Below are positions 17,739 through 34,670 of a stretch of DNA of 64,000 bases, piece by piece. Source of the stretch: Piromyces finnis finn. Its lineage: Eukaryota; Fungi; Neocallimastigomycota. The stretch lies in assembly GCA_002104945.1 (NCBI GenBank), contig MCFH01000021.1:496001-560000 (forward strand), given 5' to 3'. How positions within the stretch are numbered: the stretch's first letter is position 1; each line of letters begins with the position of its first letter. A program made the position numbers and the translations under genes. The notes below the pieces were generated by a model. The model searched no databases. It had not been told where the DNA came from and was given only the letters and a program-made list of their open reading frames with translations.

Positions 17739-19322
17739 CTGTAATAGTTTTTTTCTTAATATTTTTTATATATTATTTTTTATATATATTTTTTTTATAT
17801 ATTTTATTTTTCTTTTATTTTTATTTATTTTGAAACTATAAAGTAATTAGTTTTTGAATATGAAAAAGAAAAATTATATTAAAAAAATAAAAAAAAAACA
17901 ATAATATAATAATCAACAAAAACTATATAAAATTCTATTTTATTATGTACTTAAAAAAAACTTATTTGATTTTAAATAAATTTCATTGATTATTGTATTT
18001 TATGAAAAAATATTATTATTATAATTCATTATTCATTTATTTAGTAGTTGTATATAAAAATTATTGATAAATTTAAAGTTAGGATTTTATTTTTGAAAAA
18101 ATGTTTTTATGTTATTAAAGAATATATAATATTAAACAAAGAATAATAAAAAAGAATAAAGAAAAGAAAAAGGTTAATAAATTTTGATTTAATAATTATT
18201 TATTCTTTTTATATTTTTTTATATTTGTTAAATTTCATATTAATTTTTTTTTCTTCTTTTTTTTTTTTTTTTTTTATTTTTAATCAATAATTTTAATCAA
18301 AATTAAATTTTATCATAAAAACATTTTTAATTTTTTAACAAATATTTTATTATTATAATAGAAATACCTTATTCTACTAACCCTATTTCTTTTTATACCC
18401 TTTTATTTATTTCTTTTTTTATTTTAATTTTTAATACTTTCCAAGTTCTAATGAATATTTCTAATAGTAAAAATGTGCGAAGGAAAAAGAAAAAAAATTT
18501 TTTTTGTACTTTAAATTTCTACAAAAAAAAAATTTTTTTTTATATTAATAATATTATTCTTTAAAAATATAAGTTTATTAATTATAATATTAAAACCAGG
18601 GTGTAACATGTATATAAAATCAAAAACTTTTTATTTTATAATTAATATCATGTTTACTATTTTTCTATAATAAGACATTTTATATTTACATATAATAAAA
18701 TACTTATTAACATATAAAAAAATTGAAAATGCTAATAAAAAATATAATATCATTATATTATTAAAAACAAAATCACAAATTATGAAATAGTTTATGAAAA
18801 ATTAAATTATATAAAATATAGGAATGAAAAAATGCAGCAATTTAAAATATCAATTTATATATTCATTTTCATTGTCTGAAATAGATTGTGTTGTGTTTTG
18901 TATTACCCATTTAGGTACCCAAATATAATTTTTTGGTAACCTTGGATATAATATAATACTTTAAAAAATAAATTAGTATGTAATATTTCGAAATTATATT
19001 ATTAAATATTCAAATCAAAGAATAGTTTACCCATATATTATAAAAGCAAAAATAAAGAAACCTTCATATATTAAATAAAATCTCATGTTGTCATCATAGT
19101 AATAGGGTAAAAGAATTATTCGACACTATAAATATAATATATGATATATGGTTTTTAATGAGTTAAAAGTATTAGAAAATTGAATTTGTAAAAAAAATGA
19201 ATATAATACATACAGTGAAATCAATAAATGCTAAAAAAATTGATGCAATAAATAAATACCTATAGAAAATTTTAAAATTATTAGTTATAATAATAATTTG
19301 CATGAAAAGTATTATAAGTATA

Positions 19323-22126
19323 TTATGTATATGTTACATCATCATTATAAATTTATTTTTATAACTTTCTATTAGAATTCTGCTATATAATGTTGAGTTT
19401 TCTTCAATTGATATAATTTTTCTTGAAAGCAAATTTTCATCAATGTCAAATTCATTTTCTATAAAGTATTAATTATGGATTTTAAAATTTATTAATATAT
19501 TATTAATATTTTAATAATTGTATATATTCAGTCAATATTAAAAATATACTTTGTTTTTTATTATTTTTTTCATTTTGTGGTAAATTCTGAGGTGATGATA
19601 TTGCAGTAGATTCTAATTTTGGCGATGCTTGTGATGTCATTATATCTGATGAGGATTTCCATTGATTATTTATAGAGTTTTCATTAGTAAGTGTATTTGA
19701 AGATACAACTTTTTGATTTTCAATTGAGGTTGGATTATTATAAGTACTATTTGGGGCTCTAATATTGGCTTCTTTAGGATTATTATTATTAGAATATGAT
19801 TTATTTAAACTTGTAGATCTTTTTGGAATGGGAGGTTGTGATCTATCATACAAATTATCTGTTGGTTGAGATATTTGATTAGAACTCATTCGAATTTGAG
19901 TATTGATAGATGTTTTATTAACTGTTTGACATGCATTAGGCTGCATTAATCTATATATTTCTTCATATGTTGTTTTGGCTATTGGATCATTTGATTTATA
20001 GTTTTTAGATAATTCTTTATTATAATCTTGTTTTATTTGCTTTAAATATTTCCATAAAACAATGAGATGATGAATATAATTTTTAAAAACATATAAATGC
20101 AGTAATATTCTATAAATTGCCATAGCGATCTAATTTATTATATAATATATAAATTATAATGTAAATAATGTAATTTTAATAAATATAAATAAATATTAAA
20201 GTATTATTTACAGCTGATCCTTCTCCCAAAGCAATAAATACAGCATCTGTTAATGCAGTAAAAAGAGTAACAGCTAATATTGATCTTGATTCATCAGGAA
20301 TCATCATTATACGAATAACAAACATGCCTTTTGATAAGTATAGCATTCCAATATAAGTAGCTGTTGTCCGTACCATAATTAAAACAGAAAGTAATAAAAC
20401 TACTATAACGGAATGATCACCTATTGATATTTTTATTTATAAAATAAATTATAACTTATTATTATTTTCCTCAAAATTTATATATTAAAATTACATTACC
20501 TGCATTTCCATAATAATGATATTTATATGTTTCTAATCCTAAAGTAATAATGTTTAGTAATGGGAAAAGTGTCATTATTTTTACTAAAGGAATTTCAAGC
20601 TAAAGTTTATGTTAAATTTATTATTCAATAATTAATATATAATCATTAATCAATAAAATAACTTTCTCTCTTTTTTTTTTTTTTTTATTTTTTTTATTTT
20701 AATAATTAGGGAATATTAGATTGTTTTATATTATTATTAAACCATTATTAAATCTTACTTTAATTTTATTTATCCAAGTAAATATCCAAAGCAAAAATAT
20801 AACCATCCAAATACCTAGTAATAATAGATGCTCATTAATTAAATTATACTGATCTGTTGATAAATGTGGATATTTATTTGGATTCTTTAGAGATACTGTT
20901 ATCTATAATATATATAAAATAAAAAAAAAAAGATTTTAATATAATATATTAAATATAAAACAAAAATCAAATGTTTCGATATATAAAAACTATGCTTATA
21001 TAAAAAATACCTCTCCATCAAAGCCTAGTGATGTTAATCCTTTGGTTTTCAGCATAAATAAAGTATATTGCCCATCTTTTTGAATTTTCATTTTAAATTC
21101 ATATGATTCTGAATTTATGGCTAAACTATAAAAGTCTGTTAGGTTGACATATATTTCAGATTCATGTAATAAATCAAGAAATGGATCTATTACAGTATAG
21201 TTTCCATTATTTAAATATTTTTCATCTGTAGCTTGGTTTTCATTATCATCCAAATCTATAGGGATATCATCAATATAATAATCATCATTATTTGTAGTTA
21301 TATTGTCATGAAGAGGTTCGTCTGGAATTATTGGAGTTTTATATTCTTCTGCTTTTTTTTCTATCATATTTTCAATAGTGTGTAAAAAATTAAATGATCT
21401 TGTAAGATTTGTAATAGATTTTACAGTAATCATGCTATTATTATTAACACTTTCTGTTTCCTTAACTTTTTCAATCATTACTTTACCAAATGATCTCTTA
21501 TCATTTATTATATTATCAGATATTGTACCATTTTTGTAATAAGGATAATTGTTACTATTATCATTTTCTCTCATCTTAAATTTTTTTATATAAATATTTA
21601 ATTTAATAACAAAATATGATAATATTAACAATACTATAATACTATCTACATACGAAATCAAGCCATTTTTTAGTTTCACAAACCCCTATGTATATATCTG
21701 AAAAAAAAGTATAATTTGAAAATGTCTTACAAGAATATATAGAGGATATAAATATTTTAATTGTTAATATTATTATATTGTAGATTTTATTAAATATTCA
21801 GCTATAAAGATATAAAGATTATTTACTATATATCTTCTTCCTTGGTATTGAAGTACTACATCATCTAATCTAACGTAAATACTTCCACCTTTTTCAAATC
21901 CAAAATCAGCAATATTTAATACACGATCATAATAGTTAAAATCAAAATAAGTATTAGTATAATAGGCACTGGCTAAACTTATACCAAATTTATTTGACTT
22001 GTATTTAGTGTTATTGTTATTAATGTTATCAAATGAATTATTTGATAGTAGCTGAATCAATAGTAAGGTTTTTATAAAATATATTGGTAATTTATTGATT
22101 TTTTTGAGAAAATATGAAACTTTCAT
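19323..22126 (-). CDS. GPR107/GPR108 (Lung_7-TM_R)-like multi-pass membrane protein, multi-exon
   Basis: Signal-like N-terminus and lumenal motif VLNIADFGFEKGG, followed by several hydrophobic helices (GIWMVIFLLWIFTW; IMTLFPLLNIITLGL; IGMLYLSKGMFVIR...SILAVTLFTAL) and a polar tail. Confidence 0.55.
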
Positions 22127-23411
22127 TTTTTATGTTTTATTTACTTAATTTATTCAGCAAACTATATAATTATTCTTGTTAGTCACTTATTAACATGCTA
22201 TTTTAATTATATTCTAATTTATAATTTATAATATATATTTATTTTTTTTTGTTAAATTCTAATATTATCCATAATTATAGAATTTAAAATGTTTTTAAAG
22301 TTTTCTTTGAAAAATAAAATAAAATATATTATAGTTTTTATGTTTTTTAAATTATATAATACTTCGAATTAGTATCCGTTGTATTTTATTAATATTTATT
22401 TGAACTATTAAACTTTTTTCGTTTTGTATAAGATTTTATATAAAAACTCAATGTTTAATAATTTTAATAGTTTATTTAAATAATTTAATTAAATATTGTT
22501 TATTTATATAAGATATATAAGATATAATAAAAATCTTTATATTAAATATTTTGAAACTCAAAATACTGTGCAATAATATAAAAACATTCAACTAAAAAGG
22601 ATTTTTCTTTTATATATATACATAAAATAATAAAAAGTAAAACATATTTAAGTAGAAAAATTTATATAAATACTTTTTTAACTTTTTTTTTTTATTTCAT
22701 ATATATACTTTTAACATAAAAATAACTAATAATATTTCTTAATTATTAGTTGGAAAAAAACTTTTTAAATATCTAATTCCCATCTAATTCTTAATAATTA
22801 TTTAAATGATATATAATATTTTAAAGTAAAATTAAAATTAATTTTTTTAAAAAATTAACCATTTATTCATATTATCCTTTTTAGCAAATATAATAGGATG
22901 AAATTAAAAAAAGTTTACAGAAGTAATCTTTAAAACTCAAAATATATTATTGAACATGAAATTTTTATAATAAAAAACTTTCATATGTTTTGTTTTTTAT
23001 TTTTGTTTTTCTTTTTTTTTATACTTTAAAAGAGATAGTATTAATTAAAAATTTTATAATAAAATAATATAATTAAAAACTAATAAATAATACTTTAAAT
23101 AATATAAAAATTGAAAATTAATATTCAAAAATTTTTATAATTTTTTAATGAACTAATGTTCCATTTTGTTTAATTCTAAGAATGACATTTATCATTTATT
23201 TGTATAGTTTAATGAATACATAATTAACTTAAATCTATTAATTTTATAATGATAACTGAAAGAAAGATATTTATTATGTAAAATTAATAAATTTAAAAGA
23301 TTATAATAATGATACAATTGTATTACTCTATAGTTCATCAATTTTATTTTTAAATCTTTAGTGTTAGTGTAGAAAAACAATATAGTGAAAAAATAAAATA
23401 AAATTATTTGA

Positions 23412-23618
<207 letters not shown>

Positions 23619-23628
23619 GTATTAATTA

Positions 23629-23712
23629 AATGCTGTTGCTATTTTCACTATTTTATCTGCTACAGAAGATAAACCAGCAGAAACTCTTCTTGTTTCTCAA
23701 TTCAGATCACCA
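23629..23712 (+). pseudogene. Orphan fragment resembling a Ysa1/NUDT5 Nudix hydrolase exon
   Basis: Translates as NAVAIFTILSATEDKPAETLLVSQFRSP, similar to the AVA(I/V)...LV.QFRPP segment preceding the Nudix box. No start codon, splice sites or Nudix box were found. Confidence 0.45.
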
Positions 23713-24231
23713 AATTATATATAGTTTTTTTTTCTTTTCTATTTTTGTCAATATATGGTGTATTGAAGAAGATTAATAATTTATTATTGAAAAATATAAA
23801 GATGGATATTATTATATTATTATTATATTATTATATAGATTCCTTTTATGTATACAGAATTTGTATGTCCATTTTTTTTTTAGTAAAATAGAATTAATTA
23901 ATTAAAAGTTTGTGAAACCAAAAAAAAGATTAAATAATCATAAATTATGCATTTGTCAAACTTTATTATGTCCAAAAAAATAATTAAATAAATCAAAATT
24001 ATTATTCATTTTTAAATCAATAATTTAAATAGGTCATATATTTATATAATAAAATATATAAATTAAAAGCTTTTTTCTTTTCTTTTCTTTTCTTTTCTTT
24101 TATTTATTTTATTTTTTCTTTTTTATTTATTTTTCTATTTTCCATATTCATAATATATAAATATTATAATAAAAATATTTCTAAAATATATATCATCTTT
24201 AATCTTTTATATTAAACAAATTGTTAAAAAA

Positions 24232-27200
24232 ATGTTGCATTCGAAAATAAAATTTAAGGATATTTTAAATGACTTTGAAATACGAGATAAAAATACAGAA
24301 GTATTGAGGTATATAAAAATCAAAAATGTGTATATTTAGTATTTAATCATTTATGTAACTATTAAAGAAATATCAATATCTTACAATGTATAAATAAATA
24401 TCTTTTTGTTAGGTATTTAGACGAAAATATAAAAAATTTCTATAAAAACATATTATTAAGGAATGACTCTGAAGAGATTAAAAAAACCGAGGAAAAATAT
24501 AATATTATTGTATCTTTAATGTGTTATGTTCGAAAAAGCGATGTTTCCGGATTGAAGAAATTTATTAAAGAGACTCAAACCGTATCTAATACAACAAACT
24601 ATATTCAATTTAGCATGTATGATTTATTATTAGACGCTATTGGAAACAGTTCATCTTTTGAATTTATTGAATATTGTATTAGTTTATATAATAATCTTAA
24701 TTATTCAATTCATATACATTCTCCACTTTTTGCTGCTCTTAGTCATGATAATATTAACGTTGCAAATAAACTTATTGAAAATGGAGCTCAATTTAATTTA
24801 TATAAAGAAGGTTATCAAAATATTGTTTTTTATCTTTTAAGTCAAAAAAAGCTTAATGCTTCAAGTGTAAAGTTTTTAGTTGAACATGATATAAATATTA
24901 ATACTAATATTTATTCATCTTTAAAAACAGATTTAAAAAGTAAAGAAATTATTAAATATTATGAATGTGATGAATTAGAAAAAATAAAAATTTTCTGCAT
25001 TGATTACATTATATTTCAGATTAATAAATATAAATATAATAAGGAAGAATATATATTATATTTGAACTCACTTCAAATTATTTTCGAATTTGAGTACATA
25101 GATATAGAGACTTTTAATAAAAAATCTATAGAATTAATTGTTGATAATAAATTATATGAAGTATTAAATATATTCATTAAATGTAAAAACTTTTATAAAC
25201 CCGTTTTATACTTATCAATTTGGAATTATGCAGTAAATTTAGATATAATAGATATAAAAGTATTAAATATTTTGTTATCAAATATTGACAGAAATTTTTT
25301 AAATACTATTCAAGGAAAAAAAATTCTGTTTGAAGTTGAAAGTTGTTCAATTAATGAAATAGATAAAATAAATTTGATCAACTTATTAATGGAAAAAGGT
25401 GTAAATATTAATTCAAATTATAATAATAAGTATATATTAATAGAATCAATTAAAAGCAAAAATGACAAGTTAACAAACTTTTTAATTGAGAAAGGAATAA
25501 AAACTAATATTTATGATAAAAGTTCAAATAAAACACCTTTAATGTATTTTATTGAATATAGTAATGATATAAATACATTTGAATTATTATTACAGAAAAA
25601 TATTGATATTAATGAAAAAGACATAAGGAAAAATACACTTCTTCATTATGCATGTAAATATAATAATGTTGATGCATTAGCTTCATTACTGAAAAAAAAA
25701 CCAAAAATAAATGAAAAAAATTTCGATGGACTTACTCCATTAATGATATCAGCTATCAAAGGAAATTGGTTATGTTCTAAATTATTACTAGAACATCCAG
25801 ATATTAATGTTAATATTGCTAATAAAAATAATAAAAACCTTTTGTATTTTATGGTTGAGAATTCAATTGAAGAAAAGGAAATTTATGATGAACTTTTTAA
25901 GCATGGTGCTTATTTTAGTTCTAATTTAATTACTAAAAAAACTTTTTTTGAAAAAATTATTAAAAACAATGAACTTAAACAATCAATAATAAAATATGGT
26001 GTTTTAATTGAAAATGTAGAAAAAAAAATTTTCAAAAAATATAATTCACTTACATTTGCAATAATTTCAAATAAAATAACTTTTTTGAAATCTTTATTAG
26101 AACTTGGCGCTGATCCAAATGAAAAAGATGATGATCAAAATATACCTTTAATTATTGCTATTAAAAACAATAATTTAGAGGCTATTAAACTTTTGATAGA
26201 ATATAATGCTAATTATATTGAAGATGAACAAAAGATTTTACATTGGGCAAGTAATTGTAATAAGGAAATATTATCGTATATTATTGAAATACAAAACAAG
26301 AATAAAGGCAACATTTATTATAATAATAATAGTTCTTATTTAATTTTCAATGCATGTGAAAATGAAAATATTAAAGATTTGAAAAATCTTATTGAAAACC
26401 AAAATGTATCATATAAAATTAATTATAAAAATAGTGATGGATTGACACCTTTATTATATTCCATTCAAAATGGAAAATATGAAAGTGCTGAGTGTATTCT
26501 TGAAGTGTCTAACTATGTTGATGCCAATATCCCTGATTCAAATGGAGATATGCCTTTTGACTTTATTATTAAGAATAAAATTCAAAATATGTTTAATATT
26601 ATTGAAAAGTTAGTAAATCGTGGTGGGTATGTTGATTCAAAATATTTTAATAAATCTTTGATTAATCTTATTATTGATAATAAAGATATAATAAGGTATT
26701 TTATAGAAAAAGGAATTCCAATTAAAAACAATAAAAAAGATAGAATGTTTATTGTTCCAAACTCCTTGATTTTTGCAGTAAAACAAGATTGTTATCCATT
26801 TGTTAAAGCATTATTAGAAAATGGATCATCTGTTGATGAAATTGATAGTGATCATAAAACACCTCTTATATACGCCATTGATAATGACAATAAAGCAATT
26901 ATTGATTTGTTATTAAAATATAAAACTGATATAAACAAGATATATGATAATAATAATGAACTTACTCCTATTATATACACAGTTCAGAAGAATAATTCCC
27001 CATTGTTTAATTATCTTTTTTCAAAAGTTTCAAATGAGTCTGATAAAAAACAAATTATAACATCAATTATTGAATACTCCTTAAATAATAAAAGCCTCGA
27101 AATGATTGATTTCGTCACCAATAACTCAAGCTACGATTTAAATTTAATTAGTAATATTATTAGTTGTTTACTTAAGGAAGGAAAAATAAATTTAAAAAGT

Positions 27201-30200
27201 GAAAATGATAATAATAATACTCTATTACATTATATTTGTTTTAAAGGAAATCAATTTCTTATTAAAGAGTTTATTAATTGCCATCAAGATTTCAATATAT
27301 TAAATTCACTTAATATGACACCCTTAATGCTTTCCATTATTCACAAAAAGTATGATTGCGCTAAATATTTATTAAGTGAATTTTCTTTAATTAATGTTAA
27401 TTACATGGATATATATGGGGAAACAGCAATGACATACTTACTTAAAAATCAAGATTATGATGAAGAAATTATTGAATTATTTTATGATAAAGGTTTATTC
27501 TTTACTATAGAATATTTTAAAAACGATTCGTTATTAAAGTATATTACTAAATGTATTGTTTTACTTAAAATTTTTATTGAAAAGGGTATATATTTTAAAG
27601 ATATGAATGATAATTTAATATTAATTTCAACACCTTTGATTTTCTCTGTTAAAAATAATATAAAAAGTCTATTAATTAGTTTATTAAATTTAAAAGCTAA
27701 TGTCAATGAAATAGATGAAAAAGATAAATCAGCATTATATTATGCAATTAATAATAATGATGTAGATACTATTAATATTTTATTGAATTTTAATGCTAAT
27801 ATAAACCAAGAAATAATGAAAGGAAAAACACCTTTTATTTATACTATTGAAAATAAAAAAATAAATATTTTTATGCATTTGATTCAGAATAAAAATATTC
27901 AAGATAATTTTAATGCTGTTATTAAACACATTTATAATTATGCATATCGAACAAAAAATTATGATATTTTTACTTTTGTTATTAATCAATTAGAAGATAA
28001 ATATGATATTTACTACCCATTAATTGATTTATTAAAAACTGATGGCTATGATATATATGAAGTTAATAAAGAAACTGGATGGAACCTTTTACATTATTCA
28101 AGTTATATTGGGAACTTAAAACTTCTTAACATATTGTTAGATGATTTTAATTTCACTAAGTTAAATATAAAATGTATTGATGGATCCACACCATTAATGC
28201 TTTCTATTAAAAATGGTAAATTTGAATGTGCATCAAAATTAATGGAAAACAAACTTTTAGATGTAAATATTAAAGATAATGATGGTTATTCACCCCTTTC
28301 TTATATGGTAAAACATAATGATATGTTCAATGAGTATATATTTGATAGTTTAATTTTAAGAGGTGCATATCTTCCAGTAAAATATTTTGAGGATACTGAA
28401 TACTTAAAATACATTATTAATAACAAAACACTAATAAAAAAGATTACTTATAAAGGAATTAATGTAATTGATGAAAATTTAGTTACAACATTTATTAGTC
28501 AACCTTTGTTTTATGCTGTTCAAAATAATAATAAACTTTTGGCATTGGAATTTATTAAAAATGGGGCAAAGATTAATGAAATTGATCAAAATAATAATAA
28601 TGCTTTAGTATATGCCATTAAAAATAAGAACTCTGAAATGATACAATTACTTTTATCTCATAATATAAATATAAATTATTCAAAAAAAATTGAAAATTCC
28701 CCATTAATTATTACTATTAAGGAAAATGATATAATTTCTTTTCAAATAATAATTGATTATATAAATAGTGCTTGTAAACATCAACAATTAGATGAAATGA
28801 TAAAAAATATTATTCAGTATTCTAAGAATATAAATGATTTTAATATATTAAAATTTATTCATAAATATTTAAATAGAAAATCATACTCTAATTATGATAA
28901 TCTTAATGATATTATTACTAAAAATGATAAAAATTATAATGTTAAAGCGTGTAAAGATTCACAACCTTTACATTACGGCTGTATGGAAGGAAATATTTTT
29001 GACATTCTTAATATTTATGCTTTCAGAAAAAACGATTTTGATATAAATCAAAGAAATAACGATGGTTCAACCCCAATCATGGTAGCAGTTAAAAATGGAA
29101 ATTATGAATGTATTGAGTTATTATTCAAACTTTATAGCAATCTTGATATAAATATTGCTGATTATAAAAACATGACTCCACTAATGTACATGCTAGAAAA
29201 TAAAGTTGATAAAGTTGATATATATATGATTTTAATAAAAAATGGAGCATATATACCTTTAGAATATATTCAATCTAATTCATATTTTTATATGACATTA
29301 AATTATGATGAGTTTATTAAGTATATTATTAAAAACGGATTTATGGTTAATGACAAAGGTAACATTAAGAATATAACTAACATACTTAAATATTCAATTG
29401 AAGTCCATAATGAAATCTTATTAAAAGTTTTAATAAATAAAGGGATTGAATATAAAAAAGAAAATTGTAATGGAAAACAACCAATATTATATGCTATCGA
29501 ACAAAATAACGAAGAAGCAGTTAGCTTACTTATGAAGCATATGAATAATGAAGAAATTAAAAATTTAGTGAATAACATTATTTTTAATTCTTTTAATACA
29601 AAAAAATGTGATATTTTGATCAAACTAAAAGGAAAGGAATATATTAATGATAGTATTATTAGTAATATTATTGAAGATGCTAGTAAAAACATCAATTATT
29701 ATAAATCTAATGGGTATGAGCCATTACACGAGGCATGCAAAAATAATAATATAAATCTTTTAAACAATTTACTTTTATGTCACTATGATATAAATACAAA
29801 ATCAAAAAAAACAAATGAAACACCAATTATAGTTGCTTTAAAAAACAGAAAGTATGATATAGTTAATAAATTATTAGAATATGATAACATTAACATAAAT
29901 TATTGTGATAATAATCAACAATCACCAATATTTATTATGATTAATGATAAGCAATCAGAAAATACAAAAATCTTTGAGAAGTTGATAACTCATAATGTTA
30001 ATACCCTCGAAAAATATAAAGGTGATACTCCTTTACTTCTTTCAATTAAAAAAAAGAAAAATGAATATGTAAGAATCCTTCTTCAATATCAAACTACTGA
30101 TATTAATGAACTCTTTAGTAAAAATATGACTTTAATGAATTACATGATTGATAATATAATTGATAATGAATATGCATTTGATTTATTACTAAAAAGGGGT

Positions 30201-31946
30201 GCATATATTGATTCTAAGTACATTAACGATAATAAATTAATTAAATTGTTTGAAAAAAATAAAGGATTAATCAAAGCAGTTATTAATAATGGTTTTATCA
30301 TTAAAAATAAAACTAGTACCGTAAAAATTAATTATCCTTTAATTCATTTAATTAAAGGAAGTAAAAATAATCTTGTTGAAAATTTTTTAAAATATGGTGC
30401 TTCCGTAGAAGAAACTGATGAAGATGGTTTTACTCCAATTTTTCATACTGTTAGAAGTAACAATTCAAAAATATTCTTTTTGTTATTGGATAAATATAAT
30501 GCAGACATTAATAAAACGACTAAAAATGGACAAACACTATTAAACTATGCTAAAAAGAAGAAAATTCAACTTTTTATTACCGAATTGAATAATAGAAAAA
30601 CTAAAAATTCTTCAAATATTAATACAGTTAATGATTTTAATGAAAGCATTAAAAATATTATCAAATTGGATTCTTATTTACCTTTGGACAATAAGACAAA
30701 TAAAAAATCAAAAGTTTCAACTAGTAAAGAAAATGAACAAGGTAAAGTAAAGGTTAATAATGATTTAAAAACCAAGAAAACATCAGTAAAAAAAAATAAT
30801 AAAACCAATAATAAAAATAAACAGAAAATTAGTAATAAATTAGTAATAGAAAAGCCACAAACTAAAAGTCATAATATTGAAAATATATATGATATAAGTA
30901 GTTATCTTAATTTTGGAAAAATGATTAACATTAAAGATAATACAAAAGAAAGCAAATCATTAATATTATTGGAAGAAGAATCCAATGAGGAAGAGTTAAA
31001 TTTCTCAAGTGATTTGAGTAGTAATGAAGACTATTTATCTGATTTTATTTATGAAGAATGTATGAGTGTTAATAATAATAATAGTGATTTATTTGGTGAT
31101 GAAGATGATGAAGATGATAATAATGATGAAAATGATTTCATGTATTATATAAACAATATAAATGATAATAATAGTAGTAATAGTGATACTGAAAAAATTC
31201 AATATAATGATTATAATGAAGCATATGAAGATAATATTATTAATAAGTATCCAGAGTTACATTACGCATGCTTAAAAGAGAGTGAAGAATTTATAAATAT
31301 GCTTATCAATAATTTTATGTACGATATTAATGAACCATGTAATGATGGATCTACTCCTCTTTTACTTTCTGTAAAACATAAAAAATATAATAGTATTAGA
31401 ATTTTATTAAAAAATAAAGCAAATATTAAAAAACAAGATAATCAAGGAGAATCACCAATATCATTTATATTAAAAAACCCATCAAAAGATAATTTAAAAA
31501 TCCTTAAGCTCTTTATTCCATATATAAAAATAAAAGAAACTTATCCACCTAATAATTTAACACCATTAAATTATTTGATAAGATACAATAATATTGAAGG
31601 TATAAAGGTTCTTTTAGAGTCTAATAAATCAATTATTAATGAAATAGATAACAATGGAGATACTATATTACTAAGTACTCTTAAAAACAACATTAGTAAT
31701 AAAGAATTAATTGAAACATTATTATTATTAGGTGCCAATCCCGACCAATTAGATACTAAAGGAAAAACACCATTAATTTATGCTATAGAAAAAAGAGACT
31801 ATGATTTAATTAGATTACTAATTAAGTATAACGCAAATATTGAATTAAAGATTTCAAGTGGAATAACTCCATTAAAATTAGCAATAAAATGTAATGATAT
31901 TACAATTGCAAAAGAACTTTTGAATTCAAAGAGAAAAATGAAATAA
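24232..31946 (+). CDS. Giant ankyrin-repeat protein (about 2530 aa). Exon 1 24232-24308, exon 2 24413-31946
   Basis: Dozens of TPL...A...LL..GA.(V/I)N motifs in a 7.5-kb open exon. A short upstream exon joins in frame via a phase-2 GT-AG intron. Confidence 0.92.
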
Positions 31947-32506
31947 TTACAATATATTACTTTGGAATTTATTATTATGTATTACCATGTATACTATGTA
32001 TACTATTGTAATATTTTAAGTTAGGTTTTATACATATATTAACTTACTAAAATTAATTAGATATTATATTTATTTTTTTTTTATATAATTACTTTATAAT
32101 ATATATATTTTTTATTATTTTTATTGTATAAAACATTAATTTATATTTTATTATTGATCATATGTAAGAAGTAAGAAGATTAAAGTAAAAAAAAAAAATT
32201 TACTAGAATATAAAAGTATTTTCTGGAAATTGATTATTATAATTTTCTCTTCAAAATTATAGTAGTTTTAGCCATTTAATTATAAAATTTTCATAAAATA
32301 CCTTAAAAAAGTATAATTAAAAATGATAATCTATCACAAAAATGGCTATTTAACTGGCTATTAAATGTTAAATGTTCCACGAATTGATTCTTTGATTAAT
32401 AAATCTAAAGCTAAAAAATAAATTTATAAAATAAATAATAAATATAAACAAATAAATTTTTTTTAATTAATAAATTCGTTAATCATTCCTTTAAATTTAA
32501 ATTTAG

Positions 32507-33510
<1,004 letters not shown>

Positions 33511-34070
33511 TCAATATTCTTAAATAAAGTTTTTAGATTTTTTTCATTTTTAATTTTGTTACTCAAAAAGTTTTTCTATATTCACTCCATCAAACATTAC
33601 GATATAAATTTCCTTATTTTTATCTTCATATTGAATTAATGAAAATAGATTCATACATTTCATATCCAATATCTATATATAACCTGATATTTCGGTTTCT
33701 TTAAATTGAAAACTTTTATTTATATGATAATAGTGTTTAAGGAAAATATACATACGTTTTTAAATAAAACTTTATGATAACATCCAAAAGTGTGAGCTTA
33801 TTATTATTCACATATAATTCATTTTTAATTAATAAGAGTATTTTTTATCATTTTTTATAATGGCATCAAATATTTTCAAACTTTATTATTAATTTAATTA
33901 AAATTATTATATATGTTATAAAAAAAATAAAATTAAAAATAAAAATAAAATATGTTTAAATAAACACAAATGAATAAAAATTAGGTATAATGTATTCTAG
34001 TAATTTTAATTAAAGTAAGAAAGCCACTATAATAATTGTATTTGACACCGAGCCAAAGATCATGATTTCG

Positions 34071-34197
34071 TCATGGGACAAAATTATGATCTCCATTGGT
34101 TGCGCTGGCCCTCCTGGCCTGTCTTACTATTTCTTTAGCATTGACGCTCTTGGATTTTGCTTCAAACCTTTTAAACATTGACCATTGCTGGTCAATA
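34071..34197 (-). mobile_element. Extreme C-terminal fragment of the same non-LTR family
   Basis: IDQQWSMFKRFEAKSKSVNAKEIVRQARRASAT aligns with IN**WSMFKGYNTIKNVNIEEMKRQSYRAKAT at 38012-38107. It is GC-richer than the flanks. Confidence 0.65.
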
Positions 34198-34214
34198 ACA
34201 AAAAGTATGATTTT

Positions 34215-34670
34215 GGTTAGAAATTCCGCTATATTGTTATATAGATTTTGTGCAGAAAGAAATTTAAAAGTATTAAAATCTTTTATGAAAATGAATCCAA
34301 ATATTAATGTAAACAAGAAGATACGAAAATAAACACAGAATTAATGATATCATTAAAGATTTTGATGTTGCAAGGGAATTACTTAAACACAATCAAATTG
34401 ATGTTAATATTGGTAATAATCGTGGTTATAACCCATTATTTTATATGATAAAATAATCTAAAATATTTTTAAAAGCATCGTATGTAAATACAAAGATATT
34501 AATAAATCTGATTATAAAAAAAATAAAATCTTTTGTATATGCTATCAAAAAAAAAAGGGATTTTTTATTAAATTATTATTAGAAAATGAAAAAATAAGTA
34601 CTAACACAAAGGATTCAGAAAAGAAAAAACCACTTTACTTTTCATGCATTAAAAACGAAGAAAAGTAAAG
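34215..34670 (+). pseudogene. Frameshifted ankyrin-repeat pseudogene fragment
   Basis: Broken frames LLYRFCAERNLKVLKSFMKMNPNINVN / DFDVARELLKHNQIDVNIGNNRGYNPLFYMIK* / IKLLLENEKISTNTKDSEKKKPLYFSC resemble repeats of the flanking giant ankyrin genes. Confidence 0.7.

Noticed and set aside
33530-33900. Possible additional minus-strand retroelement or gene fragment (FKETEISGYI/DIGYEMYESIF)
   Set aside because: There is only vague similarity to the LINE region upstream of the zinc finger, with too many stops to support a call.
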